From: Antedon mediterranea
Taxonomy: Eukaryota > Animalia > Echinodermata
Length of the DNA: 64,000 bases
Reading direction: 5' to 3'
NCBI RefSeq assembly: GCF_964355755.1
Contig: NW_027306095.1
Span: forward strand, 310,001-374,000
Positions 11,501 through 25,372 of the stretch are shown one piece after another. The number at the start of each line of letters is the position of its first letter. Within the stretch, counting starts at the first letter, position 1. Both the position numbers and the translations under genes were made by a program. Under the pieces are notes generated by a model. It made no database searches. It saw nothing but the letters and a program-made list of their open reading frames with translations, and was not told the origin of the DNA.

Positions 11501-14500
11501 CACTTTGTCGTTTTTGTGTGAAAAGTTTTTTCGAAATGCACAAAATGGTCTAAAACGTCTCCAATTGCGATTTGAAGTTATTTTGTGCACTTTGATGTTT
11601 TGTGTGAAAAGTTTTATCGAAATGCTCAAAATGGTCTAAAACGGTTTCAAATGTGATTTTAAGCACTTTGATATTTTTGTGTAATCAAGTTTCATCGAAA
11701 TGCACAAAATGGTCTAAAACGTCTGCAAATGCGATTTAAAGCTATTTTGTGCACTTTAATGTTTTGTGTGAAAAGTTTTATCGAAATTCTCAAAATGGTC
11801 TAAAACGGTTTCAAATGTGATTTTAAGCACTTTGATTTTTTTGTGTAATCAAGTTTCATCGAAATGCACAAAATGGTTTAAAACGTCTGCAAATGCGATT
11901 TGAAGCTATTTTGTGCACTTTGATGTTTTTGTGTGAAAAGTTTCATCGAAATGCACAAAATTGTCTAAAACGTCTCCAAATACGATATTAAGCTATTGTA
12001 TGCACTTTGATGTTTTTGAGTGAAAAGTTTTTTCGAAATGCACAAAATGGTCTAAAACGTCTCCAAATGCGATTTGGAGCTCTTTTGTGCACTTTGATGT
12101 TTTGTGTAAAAAGTTTGCTATTTTGTGCACTTTGATGTTTTTTTGTGAAAAGTTTCATCGAAATGCACAAAATGGTCTAAAACGTCTCTAAATGCGATTT
12201 GAAGCTATTTTGTGCACTTTGTCGTTTTTGTGTGAAAAGTTTCATCGAAATGCTCAAAATGGTCTAAAACGTCTCCAAATGCGATTTGAAGCAATTTTGT
12301 GCAATTTGATGTTTTTGTGTGAAAAGTTTCATCGAAATGCACAAAATGGTCTAAAACGTCTGCAAATGCGATTTGAAGCTATTTTGTACACTTTGATGTT
12401 TTTGTGTGAAAAGTTTCATCGAAATGCACAAAATTGTCTAAAACGTCTCCAAATACGATATTAAGCTATTGTATGCACTTTGATGTTTTTGAGTGAAAAG
12501 TTTTTTCGAAATGCACAAAATGGTCTAAAACGTCTCCAAATGCGATTTGGAGCTCTTTTGTGCACTTTGATGTTTTGTGTAAAAAGTTTGCTATTTTGTG
12601 CACTTTAATGTTTTGTGTGAAAAGTTTTATCGAAATGCTCAAAATTGTCTAAAACGGTTTCAAATGTGATTTTAAGCACTTTGATATTTTTGTGTAATCA
12701 AGTTTTTTCGAAACGCACAACATGGTCTAAAACGTCTCTAAATGCAATTTGAAGCTATTTTGTGCACTTTGATGTTTTTGTGTGAAAAGTTTCATCGAAA
12801 TGCACAAAATGGTCTAAAACGTCTCTAAATGCGATTTGAAGCTATTTTGTGCACTTTGTCGTTTTTGTGTGAAAAGTTTCATCGAAATGCTCAAAATGGT
12901 CTAAAACGTCTCCAAATGCGATTTGAAGCAATTTTGTGCAATTTGATGTTTTTGTGTGAAAAGTTTCATCGAAATGCATAAAATGGTCTAAAACGTCTGC
13001 AAATGCGATTTGAAGCTATTTTGTGCACTTTGATGTTTTTTTGTGAAAAGTTTCATCGAAATGCACAAAATTGTCTAAAACGTCTCTAAATGCGATTTGA
13101 AGCTATTTTGTGCACTTTGTCGTTTTTGTGTGAAAAGTTTCATCGAAATGCTCAAAATGGTCTAAAACGTCTCCAAATGCGATTTGAAGCAATTTTGTGC
13201 ACTTTGATGTTTTTGTGTGAAAAGTTTCATCGAAATGCACAAAATGGTCTAAAACGTCTGCAAATGCGATTTGAAGCTATTTTGTGCACTTTGTCGTTTT
13301 TGTGTGAAAAGTTTTTTCGAAATGCACAAAATGGTCTAAAACGTCTCCAATTGCGATTTGAAGTTATTTTGTGCACTTTGATGTTTTGTGTGAAAAGTTT
13401 TATCGAAATGCTCAAAATGGTCTAAAACGGTTTCAAATGTGATTTTAAGCACTTTGATATTTTTGTGTAATCAAGTTTCATCGAAATGCACAAAATGGTC
13501 TAAAACGTCTGCAAATGCGATTTAAAGCTATTTTGTGCACTTTAATGTTTTGTGTGAAAAGTTTTATCAAAATTCTCAAAATGGTCTAAAACGGTTTCAA
13601 ATGTGATTTTAAGCACTTTGATGTTTTTGTGTAATCAAGTTTCATCGAAATGCACTAAATGGTTTAAAACGTCTGCAAATGCGATTTGAAGCTATTTTGT
13701 GCACTTTGATGTTTTTGTGTGAAAAGTTTCATCGAAATGCACAAAATTGTCTAAAACGTCTCCAAATACGATATTAAGCTATTGTATGCACTTTGATGTT
13801 TTTGAGTGAAAAGTTTTTTCGAAATGCACAAAAGGGTCTAAAACGTCTCCAAATGCGATTTGGAGCTCTTTTGTGCACTTTGATGTTTTGTGTAAAAAGT
13901 TTGCTATTTTGTGCACTTTAATGTTTTGTGTGAAAAGTTTTATCGAAATGCTCAAAATTGTCTAAAACGGTTTCAAATGTGATTTTAAGCACTTTGATAT
14001 TTTTGTGTAATCAAGTTTTTTCGAAATGCACAACATGGTCTAAAACGTCTCCAAATGCGATTTGAAGCTATTTTGTGCACTTTGATGTTTTTGTGTGAAA
14101 AGTTTCATCGAAATGCACAAAATGGTCTAAAACGTCTCTAAATGCGATTTGAAGCTATTTTGTGCACTTTGATGTTTTTGTGTGAAAAGTTTCATCGAAA
14201 TGCACAAAATGGTCTAAAACGTCTCTAAATGCGATTTGAAGCTATTTTGTGCACTTTGTCGTTTTTGTGTGAAAAGTTTCATCGAAATGCTCAAAATGGT
14301 CTAAAACGTCTCCAAATGCGATTTGAAGCTATTTTGTGCACTTTGATGTTTTTTTGTGAAAAGTTTCATCGAAATGCACAAAATGGTCTAAAACGTCTCT
14401 AAATGCGATTTGAAGCTATTTTGTGCACTTTGTCGTTTTTGTGTGAAAAGTTTCATCGAAATGCTCAAAATGGTCTAAAACGTCTCCAAATGCGATTTGA

Positions 14501-17500
14501 AGCAATTTTGTGCAATTTGATGTTTTTGTGTGAAAAGTTTCATCGAAATGCACAAAATGGTCTAAAACGTCTGCAAATGCGATTTGAAGCTATTTTGTGC
14601 ACTTTGATGTTTTTGTGTGAAAAGTTTCATCGAAATGCACAAAATTGTCTAAAACGTCTCCAAATACGATATTAAGCTATTGTATGCACTTTGATGTTTT
14701 TGAGTGAAAAGTTTTTTCGAAATGCACAAAATGGTCTAAAACGTCTCCAAATGCGATTTGGAGCTCTTTTGTGCACTTTGATGTTTTGTGTAAAAAGTTT
14801 GCTATTTTGTGCACTTTAATGTTTTGTGTGAAAAGTTTTATCGAAATGCTCAAAATTGTCTAAAACGGTTTCAAATGTGATTTTAAGCACTTTGATATTT
14901 TTGTGTAATCAAGTTTTTTCGAAACGCACAACATGGTCTAAAACGTCTCTAAATGCGATTTGAAGCTATTTTGTGCACTTTGATGTTTTTTTGTGAAAAG
15001 TTTCATCGAAATGCACAAAATGGTCTAAAACGTCTCTAAATGCGATTTGAAGCTATTTTGTGCACTTTGTCGTTTTTGTGTGAAAAGTTTCATCGAAATG
15101 CTCAAAATGGTCTAAAACGTCTCCAAATGCGATTTGAAGCAATTTTGTGCAATTTGATGTTTTTGTGTGAAAAGTTTCATCGAAATGCACAAAATGGTCT
15201 AAAACGTCTGCAAATGCGATTTGAAGCTATTTTGTGCACTTTGATGTTTTTTTGTGAAAAGTTTCATCGAAATGCACAAAATTGTCTAAAACGTCTCTAA
15301 ATGCGATTTGAAGCTATTTTGTGCACTTTGTCGTTTTTGTGTGAAAAGTTTCATCGAAATGCTCAAAATGGTCTAAAACGTCTCCAAATGCGATTTGAAG
15401 CAATTTTGTGCACTTTGATGTTTTTGTGTGAAAAGTTTCATCGAAATGCACAAAATGGTCTAAAACGTCTGCAAATGCGATTTGAAGCTATTTTGTGCAC
15501 TTTGTCGTTTTTGTGTGAAAAGTTTTTTCGAAATGCACAAAATGGTCTAAAACGTCTCCAATTGCGATTTGAAGTTATTTTGTGCACTTTGATGTTTTGT
15601 AATCAAGTTTCATCGAAATGCACAAAATGGTCTAAAACGTCTGCAAATGCGATTTAAAGCTATTTTGTGCACTTTAATGTTTTGTGTGAAAAGTTTTATC
15701 AAAATTCTCAAAATGGTCTAAAACGGTTTCAAATGTGATTTTAAGCACTTTGATGTTTTTGTGTAATCAAGTTTCATCGAAATGCACTAAATGGTTTAAA
15801 ACGTCTGCAAATGCGATTTGAAGCTATTTTGTGCACTTTGATGTTTTTGTGTGAAAAGTTTCATCGAAATGCACAAAATTGTCTAAAACGTCTCCAAATA
15901 CGATATTAAGCTATTGTATGCACTTTGATGTTTTTGAGTGAAAAGTTTTTTCGAAATGCACAAAAGGGTCTAAAACGTCTCCAAATGCGATTTGGAGCTC
16001 TTTTGTGCACTTTGATATTTTGTGTAAAAAGTTTGCTATTTTGTGCACTTTAATGTTTTGTGTGAAAAGTTTTATCGAAATGCTCAAAATTGTCTAAAAC
16101 GGTTTCAAATGTGATTTTAAGCACTTTGATATTTTTGTGTAATCAAGTTTTTTCGAAATGCACAACATGGTCTAAAACGTCTCCAAATGCGATTTGAAGC
16201 TATTTTGTGCACTTTGATGTTTTTGTGTGAAAAGTTTCATCGAAATGCACAAAATGGTCTAAAACGTCTCTAAATGCGATTTGAAGCTATTTTGTGCACT
16301 TTGATGTTTTTGTGTGAAAAGTTTCATCGAAATGCACAAAATGGTCTAAAACGTCTCTAAATGCGATTTGAAGCTATTTTGTGCACTTTGTCGTTTTTGT
16401 GTGAAAAGTTTCATCGAAATGCTCAAAATGGTCTAAAACGTCTCCAAATGCGATTTGAAGCTATTTTGTGCACTTTGATGTTTTTTTGTGAAAAGTTTCA
16501 TCGAAATGCACAAAATGGTCTAAAACGTCTCTAAATGCGATTTGAAGCTGTTTTGTGCACTTTGATGTTTTTGTGTGAAAAGTTTCATCGAAATGCACAA
16601 AATGGTCTAAAACGTCTCTAAATGCGATTTGAAGCTATTTTGTGCACTTTGGTGTTTTTTTGTGAAAAGTTTCATCGAAATGCACAAAATGGTCTAAAAC
16701 GTCTCTAAATCCGATTTGAAGCTATTTTGTGCACTTTGTCGTTTTTGTGTGAAAAGTTTCATCGAAATGCTCAAAATGGTCTAAAACGTCTCCAAATGCG
16801 ATTTGAAGCAATTTTGTGCAATTTGATGTTTTTGTGTGAAAAGTTTCATCGAAATGCACAAAATGGTCTAAAACGTCTCCAAATGCGATTTGAAGCTATT
16901 TTGTGCACTTTGATGTTTTTTTGTGAAAAGTTACATCGAAATGCACAAAATTGTCTAAAACGTCTCTAAATCCGATTTGAAGCTATTTTGTGCACTTTGT
17001 CGTTTTTGTGTGAAAAGTTTCATCGAAATGCTCAAAATGGTCTAAAACGTCTCCAAATGCGATTTGAAGCAATTTTGTGCACTTTGATGTTTTTGTGTGA
17101 AAAGTTTCATCGAAATGCACAAAATGGTCTAAAACGTCTGCAAATGCGATTTGAAGCTATTTTATGCACTTTGTCGTTTTTGTGTGAAAAGTTTTTTCGA
17201 AATGCACAAAATGGTCTAAAACGTCTCCAATTGCGATTTGAAGTTATTTTGTGCACTTTGATGTTTTGTGTGAAAAGTTTTATCGAAATGCTCAAAATGG
17301 TCTAAAACGGTTTCAAATGTGATTTTAAGCACTTTGATATTTTTGTGTAATCAAGTTTCATCGAAATGCACAAAATGGTCTAAAACGTCTGCAAATGCGA
17401 TTTAAAGCTATTTTGTGCACTTTAATGTTTTGTGTGAAAAGTTTTATCGAAATTCTCAAAATGGTCTAAAACGGTTTCAAATGTGATTTTAAGCACTTTG

Positions 17501-17730
17501 ATTTTTTTGTGTAATCAAGTTTCATCGAAATGCACAAAATGGTTTAAAACGTCTGCAAATGCGATTTGAAGCTATTTTGTGCACTTTGATGTTTTTGTGT
17601 GAAAAGTTTCATCGAAATGCACAAAATTGTCTAAAACGTCTCCAAATACGATATTAAGCTATTGTATGCACTTTGATGTTTTTGAGTGAAAAGTTTTTTC
17701 GAAATGCACAAAATGGTCTAAAACGTCTCC
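8570..17730 (+). repeat. Three related tandem blocks: 3534-bp unit, 2211-bp partial copy, then a further copy at offset 5745 (5666 after a 79-bp deletion at about 15600)
   Basis: ORF offsets are 8658/12192/14403, 9556/13090/15301 and 11322/16988. Shared markers include GAAACGCAC, GCATAAAA, AAAAGGGTC and AAGTTACAT. Confidence 0.8.
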
Positions 17731-20700
17731 CAATGCGATTTGGAGCTCTTTTGTGCACTTTGATGTTTTGTGTAAAAAGTTTGCTATTTTGTGCACTTTA
17801 ATGTTTTGTGTGAAAAATTTTATCGAAATGCTCAAAATTGTCTAAAACGGTTTCAAATGTGATTTTAAGCACTTTGATATTTTTGTGTAATCAAGTTTTT
17901 TCGAAATGCACAACATGGTCTAAAACGTCTCCAAATGCGATTTGAAGCTATTTTGTGCACTTTGATGTTTTTGTGTGAAAAGTTTCATCGAAATACACAA
18001 AATGGTCTAAAACGTCTCTAAATGCGATTTGAAGCTATTTCGTACACTTTGATGTTTTTGTGTGTAAAGTTTTATCGAAATTCTCAAAATGGTCTAAAAC
18101 AGTTTCAAATGTGATTTTAAGCACTTTGATGTTTTTGTGTAATCAAGTTTCATCGAAATGCACAAAATGGTTTAAAACGTCTGCAAATGCGATTTGAAGC
18201 TATTTTGTGCACTTTGATGTTTTTGTGTGAAAAGTTTCATCGAAATGCACAAAATTGTCTAAAACGTCTCCAAATACGATATTAAGCTATTGTATGCACT
18301 TTGATGTTTTTGAGTGAAAAGTTTTTTCGAAATGCACAAAATGGTCTAAAACGTCTCCCAATGCGATTTGGAGCTCTTTTGTGCACTTTGATGTTTTGGG
18401 TAAAAAGTTTGCTATTTTGTGCACTTTAATGTTTTGTGTGAAAAGTTTTATCGAAATGCTCAAAATTGTCTAAAACGGTTTCAAATGTGATTTTAAGTAC
18501 TTTGATATTTTTGTGTAATCAAGTTTTTTCGAAATGCACAACATGGTCTAAAACGTCTCCAAATGCGATTTGAAGCTATTTTGTGCACTTTGATGTTTTT
18601 GTGTGAAAAGTTTCATCGAAATACACAAAATGGTCTAAAACGTCTCTAAATGCGATTTGAAGCTATTTTGTGCACTTTGATGTTTTTGTGTGAAAAGTTT
18701 CATCGAAATGCACAAAATGGTCTAAAACGTCTCTAAATGCGATTTGAAGCTATTTTGTGCACTTTGATGTTTTTGTGTGAAAAGTTTCATCGAAATGCAC
18801 AAAATTGTCTAAAACGTCTCCAAATACGATATTAAGCTATTGTATGCACTTTGTTGTTTTTGAGTGAAAAGTTTTTTCGAAATGCACAAAATTGTCTAAA
18901 ACGTCCCCAAATGCGATTTGGAGCTCTTTTGTGCACTTTGATGTTTTGTGTAAAAAGTTTGCTATTTTGTGCACTTTAATGTTTTGTGTGAAAAGTTTTA
19001 TCGAAATGCTCAAAATTGTCTAAAACGGTTTCAAATGTGATTTTAAGCACTTTGATATTTTTGTGTAATCAAGTTTTTTCGAAATGCACAACATGGTCTA
19101 AAACGTCTCCAAATGCGATTTGAAGCTATTTAGTGCACTTTGATGTTTTTGTGTGAAAAGTTTCATCGAAATGCACAAAATGGTCTAAAACGTCTCTAAA
19201 TGCGATTTGAAGCTATTTTGTGCACTTTGTCGTTTTTGTGTGAAAAGTTTTTTCGAAATGCACAAAATGGTCTAAAACGTCTCCAATTGCGATTTGAAGT
19301 TATTTTGTGCACTTTGATGTTTTGTGTGAAAAGTTTTATCGAAATGCTCAAAATGGTCTAAAACGGTTTCAAATGTGATTTTAAGCACTTTGATGTTTTT
19401 GTGTAATCAAGTTTCATCGAAATGCACAAAATGGTTTAAAACGTCTGCAAATGCGATTTGAAGCTATTTTGTGCACTTTGATGTTTTTGTGTGAAAAGTT
19501 TCATCGAAATGCACAAAATTGTCTAAAACGTCTCCAAATACGATATTAAGCTATTATATGCACTTTGATGTTTTTGAGTGAAAAGTTTTTTCGAAATGCA
19601 CAAAATGTTCTAAAACGTCTCCAAATGCCATTTGGAGCTCTTTTGTGCACTTTAATTTTTTTTGTGTAAAAAGTTTGCTATTTTGTGCACTTTTAATGTT
19701 TTGTGTGAAAAGTTTTATCGAAATGCTCAAAATTGTCTAAAACGGTTTCAAATGTGATTTTAAGCACTTTGATATTTTTGTGTAATCAAGTTTTTTCGAA
19801 ATGCACAACATGGTCTAAAACGTCTCCAAATGCGATTTGAAGCTATTTTGTGCACTTTGATGTTTTTGTGTGAAAAGTTTCATCGAAATGCACAAAATGG
19901 TCTAAAACGTCTCTAAATGCGATTTGAAGCTATTTTGTGCACTTTGATGTTTTTGTGTGAAAAGTTTCATCGAAATGCACAAAATGGTCTAAAACGTCTC
20001 TAAATGCGATTTGAAGCTATTTTGTGCACTTTGTCGTTTTTGTGTGAAAAGTTTCATCGAAATGCTCAAAATGGTCTAAAACGTCTCCAAATGCGATTTG
20101 AAGCTATTTTGTGCACTTTGATGTTTTTTTCTGAAAAGTTTCATCGAAATAAACAAAATGGTCTAAAACGTCTCTAAATGCGATTTGAAGCTATTTTGTG
20201 CACTTTGATGTTTTTGTGTGAAAAGTTTCATCGAAATGCACAAAATGGTCTAAAACGTCTCTAAATGCGATTTGAAGCTATTTTGTGCACTTTGATGTTT
20301 TTTTGTGAAAAGTTTTATCGAAATTCTCAAAATGGTCTAAAACGGTTTCAAATGTGATTTTAAGCACTTTTATGTTTTTGTGTAATCAAGTTTCATCGAA
20401 ATGCACTAAATGGTTTAAAACGTCTGCAAATGCGATTTGAAGCTATTTTGTGCACTTTGATGTTTTTGTGTGAAAAGTTTCATCGAAATGCACTAAATTG
20501 TCTAAAACGTCTCCAAATACGATATTAAACTATTGTATGCACTTTGATGTTTTTGAGTGAAAAGTTTTTTCGAAATGCACAAAATGGTCTAAAACGTCTC
20601 CAAATGCGATTTGGAGCTCTTTTGTGCACTTTGATGTTTTGTGTAAAAAGTTTGCTATTTTGTGCACTTTAATGTTTTGTGTGAAAAGTTTTATCGAAAT

Positions 20701-21394
20701 GCTCAAAATGGTCTAAAACGGTTTCAAATGTGATTTTAAGCACTTTGATATTTTTGTGTAATCAAGTTTCATCGAAATGCACAAAATGGTCTAAAACGTC
20801 TGCAAATGCGATTTAAAGCTATTTTGTGCACTTTGATGTTTTTGTGTGAAAAGTTTCATCGAAATGCACAAAATGGTCTAAAACGTCTCTAAATGCGATT
20901 TGAAGCTATTTTGTGCACTTTGATGTTTTTGTGTGAAAAGTTTCATCGAAATGCACAAAATGGTCTAAAACGTCTCTAAATGCGATTTGAAGCTATTTTG
21001 TGCACTTTGATGTTTTTGTGTGAAAACTTTCATCGAAATGCTCAAAATGGTCTAAAACGTCTCCAAATGCGATTTGAAGCTATTTTGTGCACTTTGATGT
21101 TTTTTTCTGAAAAGTTTCATCGAAATGCACAAAAATGGTCTAAAACGTCTCTAAATGCGATTTGAAGCTATTTTGTGCACTTTGATGTTTTTGTGTGAAA
21201 AGTTTCATCGAAATGCACAAAATGGTCTAAAACGTCTCTAAATGCGATTTGAAGCTATTTTGTGCACTTTGATGTTTTTTTGTGAAAAGTTTCATCGAAA
21301 TGCACAAAATGGTCTAAAACGTCTCTAAATGCGATTTGAAGCTATTTTGTGCACTTTGTCGTTTTTGTGTGAAAAGTTTCATTGAAATGCTCAA

Positions 21395-24300
21395 AATGGT
21401 CTAAAACGTCTCCAAATGCGATTTGAAGCAATTTTGTGCACTTTGATGTTTTTGTGTGAAAAGTTTCATCGAAATGCACAAAATGATCTAAAACGTCTGC
21501 AAATGCGATTTGAAGCTATTTTGTGCACTTTGATGTTTTTTTGTGAAAAGTTTCATCGAAAGGCACAAAATTGTCTAAAACGTCTCTAAATGCGATTTGA
21601 AGCTATTTTGTGCACTTTGTCGTTTTTGTGTGAAAAGTTTCATCGAAATGCTCAAAATGGTCTAAAACGGTTTCAAATGTGATTTTGTGCACTTTGATGT
21701 TTTTGTGTAATCAAGTTTCATCGAAATGCACAAAATGGTTTAAAACGTCTGCAAATGCGATTTGAAGCTATTTTGTGCACTTTGATGTTTTGTGTAATCC
21801 AGTTTCATCGAAATGTACAAAATTGTCTAAAACCTCTCAAAATGCGATTTGAAGCTATTTTGTGCACTTTGATGTTTTTGTGTGAAAAGTTTCATCGAAA
21901 TGCACAAAATTGTCTAAAACGTCTCCAAATACGATATTAAGCTATTGTATGCACTTTGATGTTTTTGAGTGAAAAGTTTTTTCGAAATGCACAAAATGGT
22001 CTAAAACGTCTCCAAATGCGATTTGGAGCTCTTTTGTGCACTTTGATGTTTTGTGTAAAAAGTTTGCTATTTTGTGCACTTTAATGTTTTGTGTGAAAAG
22101 TTTTATCGAAATGCTCAAAATTGTCTAAAACGGTTTCAAATGTGATTTTAAGCACTTTGATATTTTTGTGTAATCAAGTTTTTTCGAAATGCACAACATG
22201 GTCTAAAACGTCTCCAAATGCGATTTGAAGCTATTTTGTGCACTTTGATGTTTTTGTGTGAAAAGTTTCATCGAAATGCACAAAATGGTCTCAAACGTCT
22301 GGAAATGCGAGTTGAAGCTATTTTGTGCACTTTGTCGTTTTTGTGTGAAAAGTATATTCGAAATGCTCAAAATGGTCTAAAACGTCTCCAAATGCGATTT
22401 GAAGCTATTTTGTGATTTTAAGAACTTTGATGTTTTTGTGTGAAAAGTTTCATCGAAATGCACAAAATGGTCTAAATGCGATTTGAAGCTATTTTGTGCA
22501 CTTTGATGTTTTTTTGTGAAAAGTTTCATCGAAATGCACAAAATGGTCTAAAACGTCTCCAAATACGATATTAAGCTATTGTATGTATGTTGATGTTTTT
22601 GTGTGAAAAGTTTTATCGAAATGCTCAAAATGGTCTAAAACGGTTTCAAATGTGATTTTAAGCACTTTGATGTTTTTGTGTAATCAAGTTTCATCGAAAT
22701 GCACAAAATGGTCTAAAACATCTGCAAATGCGATTTTAAGCTATTTTGTGCACTTTCATGTTTTGTGTGAAAAGTTTTATCGAAATGCTCAAAATGGTCT
22801 AAAACGGTTTCAAATGTGATTTTAAGCACTTTGATATTTTTGTGTAATCAAGTTTCATCGAAATGCACCAAATTGTCTAAAACGTCTGCAAATGCGATTT
22901 GAAGCTATTTTGTGCACTTTGATGTTTTTGTGTGAAAAGTTTCATCGAAATGCACAAAATGGTCTAAAACGTCTCCAAATATGATATTAAGCTATTGTAT
23001 GCACTTTGTTGTTTTTATCTGAAAAGTTTTCACGAAATGCACAAAAGATCTAAAACGTCTCTAAATGCGATTTGAAGTTATTTTGTGCACTTTAATGTTT
23101 TGTGTGAAAAGTTTTATCGAAATGCACAAAATGGTCTAAAACGTCTCCAAATGCGATTTGAAGCAATTTTGTGCACTTTGATGTTTTTGTGTGAAAAGTT
23201 TCATCGAAATGCACAAAATGATCTAAAACGTCTGCAAATGCGATTTGAAGCTATTTTGTGCACTTTGATGTTTTTTTGTGAAAAGTTTCATCGAAAGGCA
23301 CAAAATTGTCTAAAACGTCTCTAAATGCGATTTGAAGCTATTTTGTGCACTTTGTCGTTTTTGTGTGAAAAGTTTCATCGAAATGCTCAAAATGGTCTAA
23401 AACGGTTTCAAATGTGATTTTGTGCACTTTGATGTTTTTGTGTAATCAAGTTTCATCGAAATGCACAAAATGGTTTAAAACGTCTGCAAATGCGATTTGA
23501 AGCTATTTTGTGCACTTTGATGTTTTGTGTAATCCAGTTTCATCGAAATGTACAAAATTGTCTAAAACCTCTCAAAATGCGATTTGAAGCTATTTTGTGC
23601 ACTTTGATGTTTTTGTGTGAAAAGTTTCATCGAAATGCACAAAATTGTCTAAAACGTCTCCAAATACGATATTAAGCTATTGTATGCACTTTGATGTTTT
23701 TGAGTGAAAAGTTTTTTCGAAATGCACAAAATGGTCTAAAACGTCTCCAAATGCGATTTGGAGCTCTTTTGTGCACTTTGATGTTTTGTGTAAAAAGTTT
23801 GCTATTTTGTGCACTTTAATGTTTTGTGTGAAAAGTTTTATCGAAATGCTCAAAATTGTCTAAAACGGTTTCAAATGTGATTTTAAGCACTTTGATATTT
23901 TTGTGTAATCAAGTTTTTTCGAAATGCACAACATGGTCTAAAACGTCTCCAAATGCGATTTGAAGCTATTTTGTGCACTTTGATGTTTTTGTGTGAAAAG
24001 TTTCATCGAAATGCACAAAATGGTCTCAAACGTCTGGAAATGCGAGTTGAAGCTATTTTGTGCACTTTGTCGTTTTTGTGTGAAAAGTATATTCGAAATG
24101 CTCAAAATGGTCTAAAACGTCTCCAAATGCGATTTGAAGCTATTTTGTGATTTTAAGAACTTTGATGTTTTTGTGTGAAAAGTTTCATCGAAATGCACAA
24201 AATGGTCTAAATGCGATTTGAAGCTATTTTGTGCACTTTGATGTTTTTTTGTGAAAAGTTTCATCGAAATGCACAAAATGGTCTAAAACGTCTCCAAATA

Positions 24301-24899
24301 CGATATTAAGCTATTGTATGTATGTTGATGTTTTTGTGTGAAAAGTTTTATCGAAATGCTCAAAATGGTCTAAAACGGTTTCAAATGTGATTTTAAGCAC
24401 TTTGATGTTTTTGTGTAATCAAGTTTCATCGAAATGCACAAAATGGTCTAAAACATCTGCAAATGCGATTTTAAGCTATTTTGTGCACTTTCATGTTTTG
24501 TGTGAAAAGTTTTATCGAAATGCTCAAAATGGTCTAAAACGGTTTCAAATGTGATTTTAAGCACTTTGATATTTTTGTGTAATCAAGTTTCATCGAAATG
24601 CACCAAATTGTCTAAAACGTCTGCAAATGCGATTTGAAGCTATTTTGTGCACTTTGATGTTTTTGTGTGAAAAGTTTCATCGAAATGCACAAAATGGTCT
24701 AAAACGTCTCCAAATATGATATTAAGCTATTGTATGCACTTTGTTGTTTTTATCTGAAAAGTTTTCACGAAATGCACAAAAGATCTAAAACGTCTCTAAA
24801 TGCGATTTGAAGTTATTTTGTGCACTTTAATGTTTTGTGTGAAAAGTTTTATCGAAATGCACAAAATGGTCTAAAACGTCTCCAAATGCGATTTGAAGC
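21395..24899 (+). repeat. Tandem duplication, 1735-bp unit x2, containing diverged monomers
   Basis: ORFs 21755/23490 and 22218/23953 are offset by 1735. Private markers CTGGAAATGCGAGTTG, AGTATATTCG and GTATGTATGTTG each occur twice. Confidence 0.9.
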
Positions 24900-24929
24900 T
24901 ATTTTGTGCACTTTGATGTTTTGTGTGAA

Positions 24930-25210
24930 AAGTTTCACCAAAATGCACAAAATGGTCTAAAACGTCTCCAAATCCGTTTTGAAGCTAATCTAAGCACTTT
25001 GATGTTGTTATGTTAAACAAGTTTTTTCGAAATGCACAAAATGGTCTAAAACGTCTCCAAATACGATATAAGCTCTTTTGTGCACTTTGATGTTTTGTGT
25101 AATAAGTTTTATAGAAACGCACAAAATGGTCTAAAACGGTTTCAAATGTGATTTTAAGCACTTTGATATTTTTGTTTAACCAAGTTTCATCGAAATGCAC
25201 ATAATGGTCT
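24930..25210 (+). repeat. Patch of strongly diverged, single-copy satellite monomers
   Basis: AATCCGTTTTGAAGCTAATCTAAGCAC, GATGTTGTTATGTTAAACAAG, GTAATAAGTTTTATAGAAACG and TGTTTAACCAAG were not seen elsewhere in the window. Confidence 0.8.
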
Positions 25211-25372
25211 AAAACGTCTCCAAATGCGATTTGAAGCTGTTTTTGTGTGAAAAGTTTTTTCGAAATACACAAAATGGTCTAAAACGTCTCCAAATACAAT
25301 TTGGAACTCTTTTGTGCACTTTGATGTTTTTTGTCAAAAGTTTTATAGAAATGCTCGAAATGGTCTAAAACG

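Noticed and set aside
2343-11639. Offset of exactly 8700 bp (100 x 87) between two matching blocks
   Set aside because: The intervening DNA has many non-87-bp units, so the round number is coincidental.
24930-25210. Possible foreign insertion or transposon remnant
   Set aside because: It still aligns to the monomer in register. No target-site duplication, terminal repeats or non-satellite sequence is visible.
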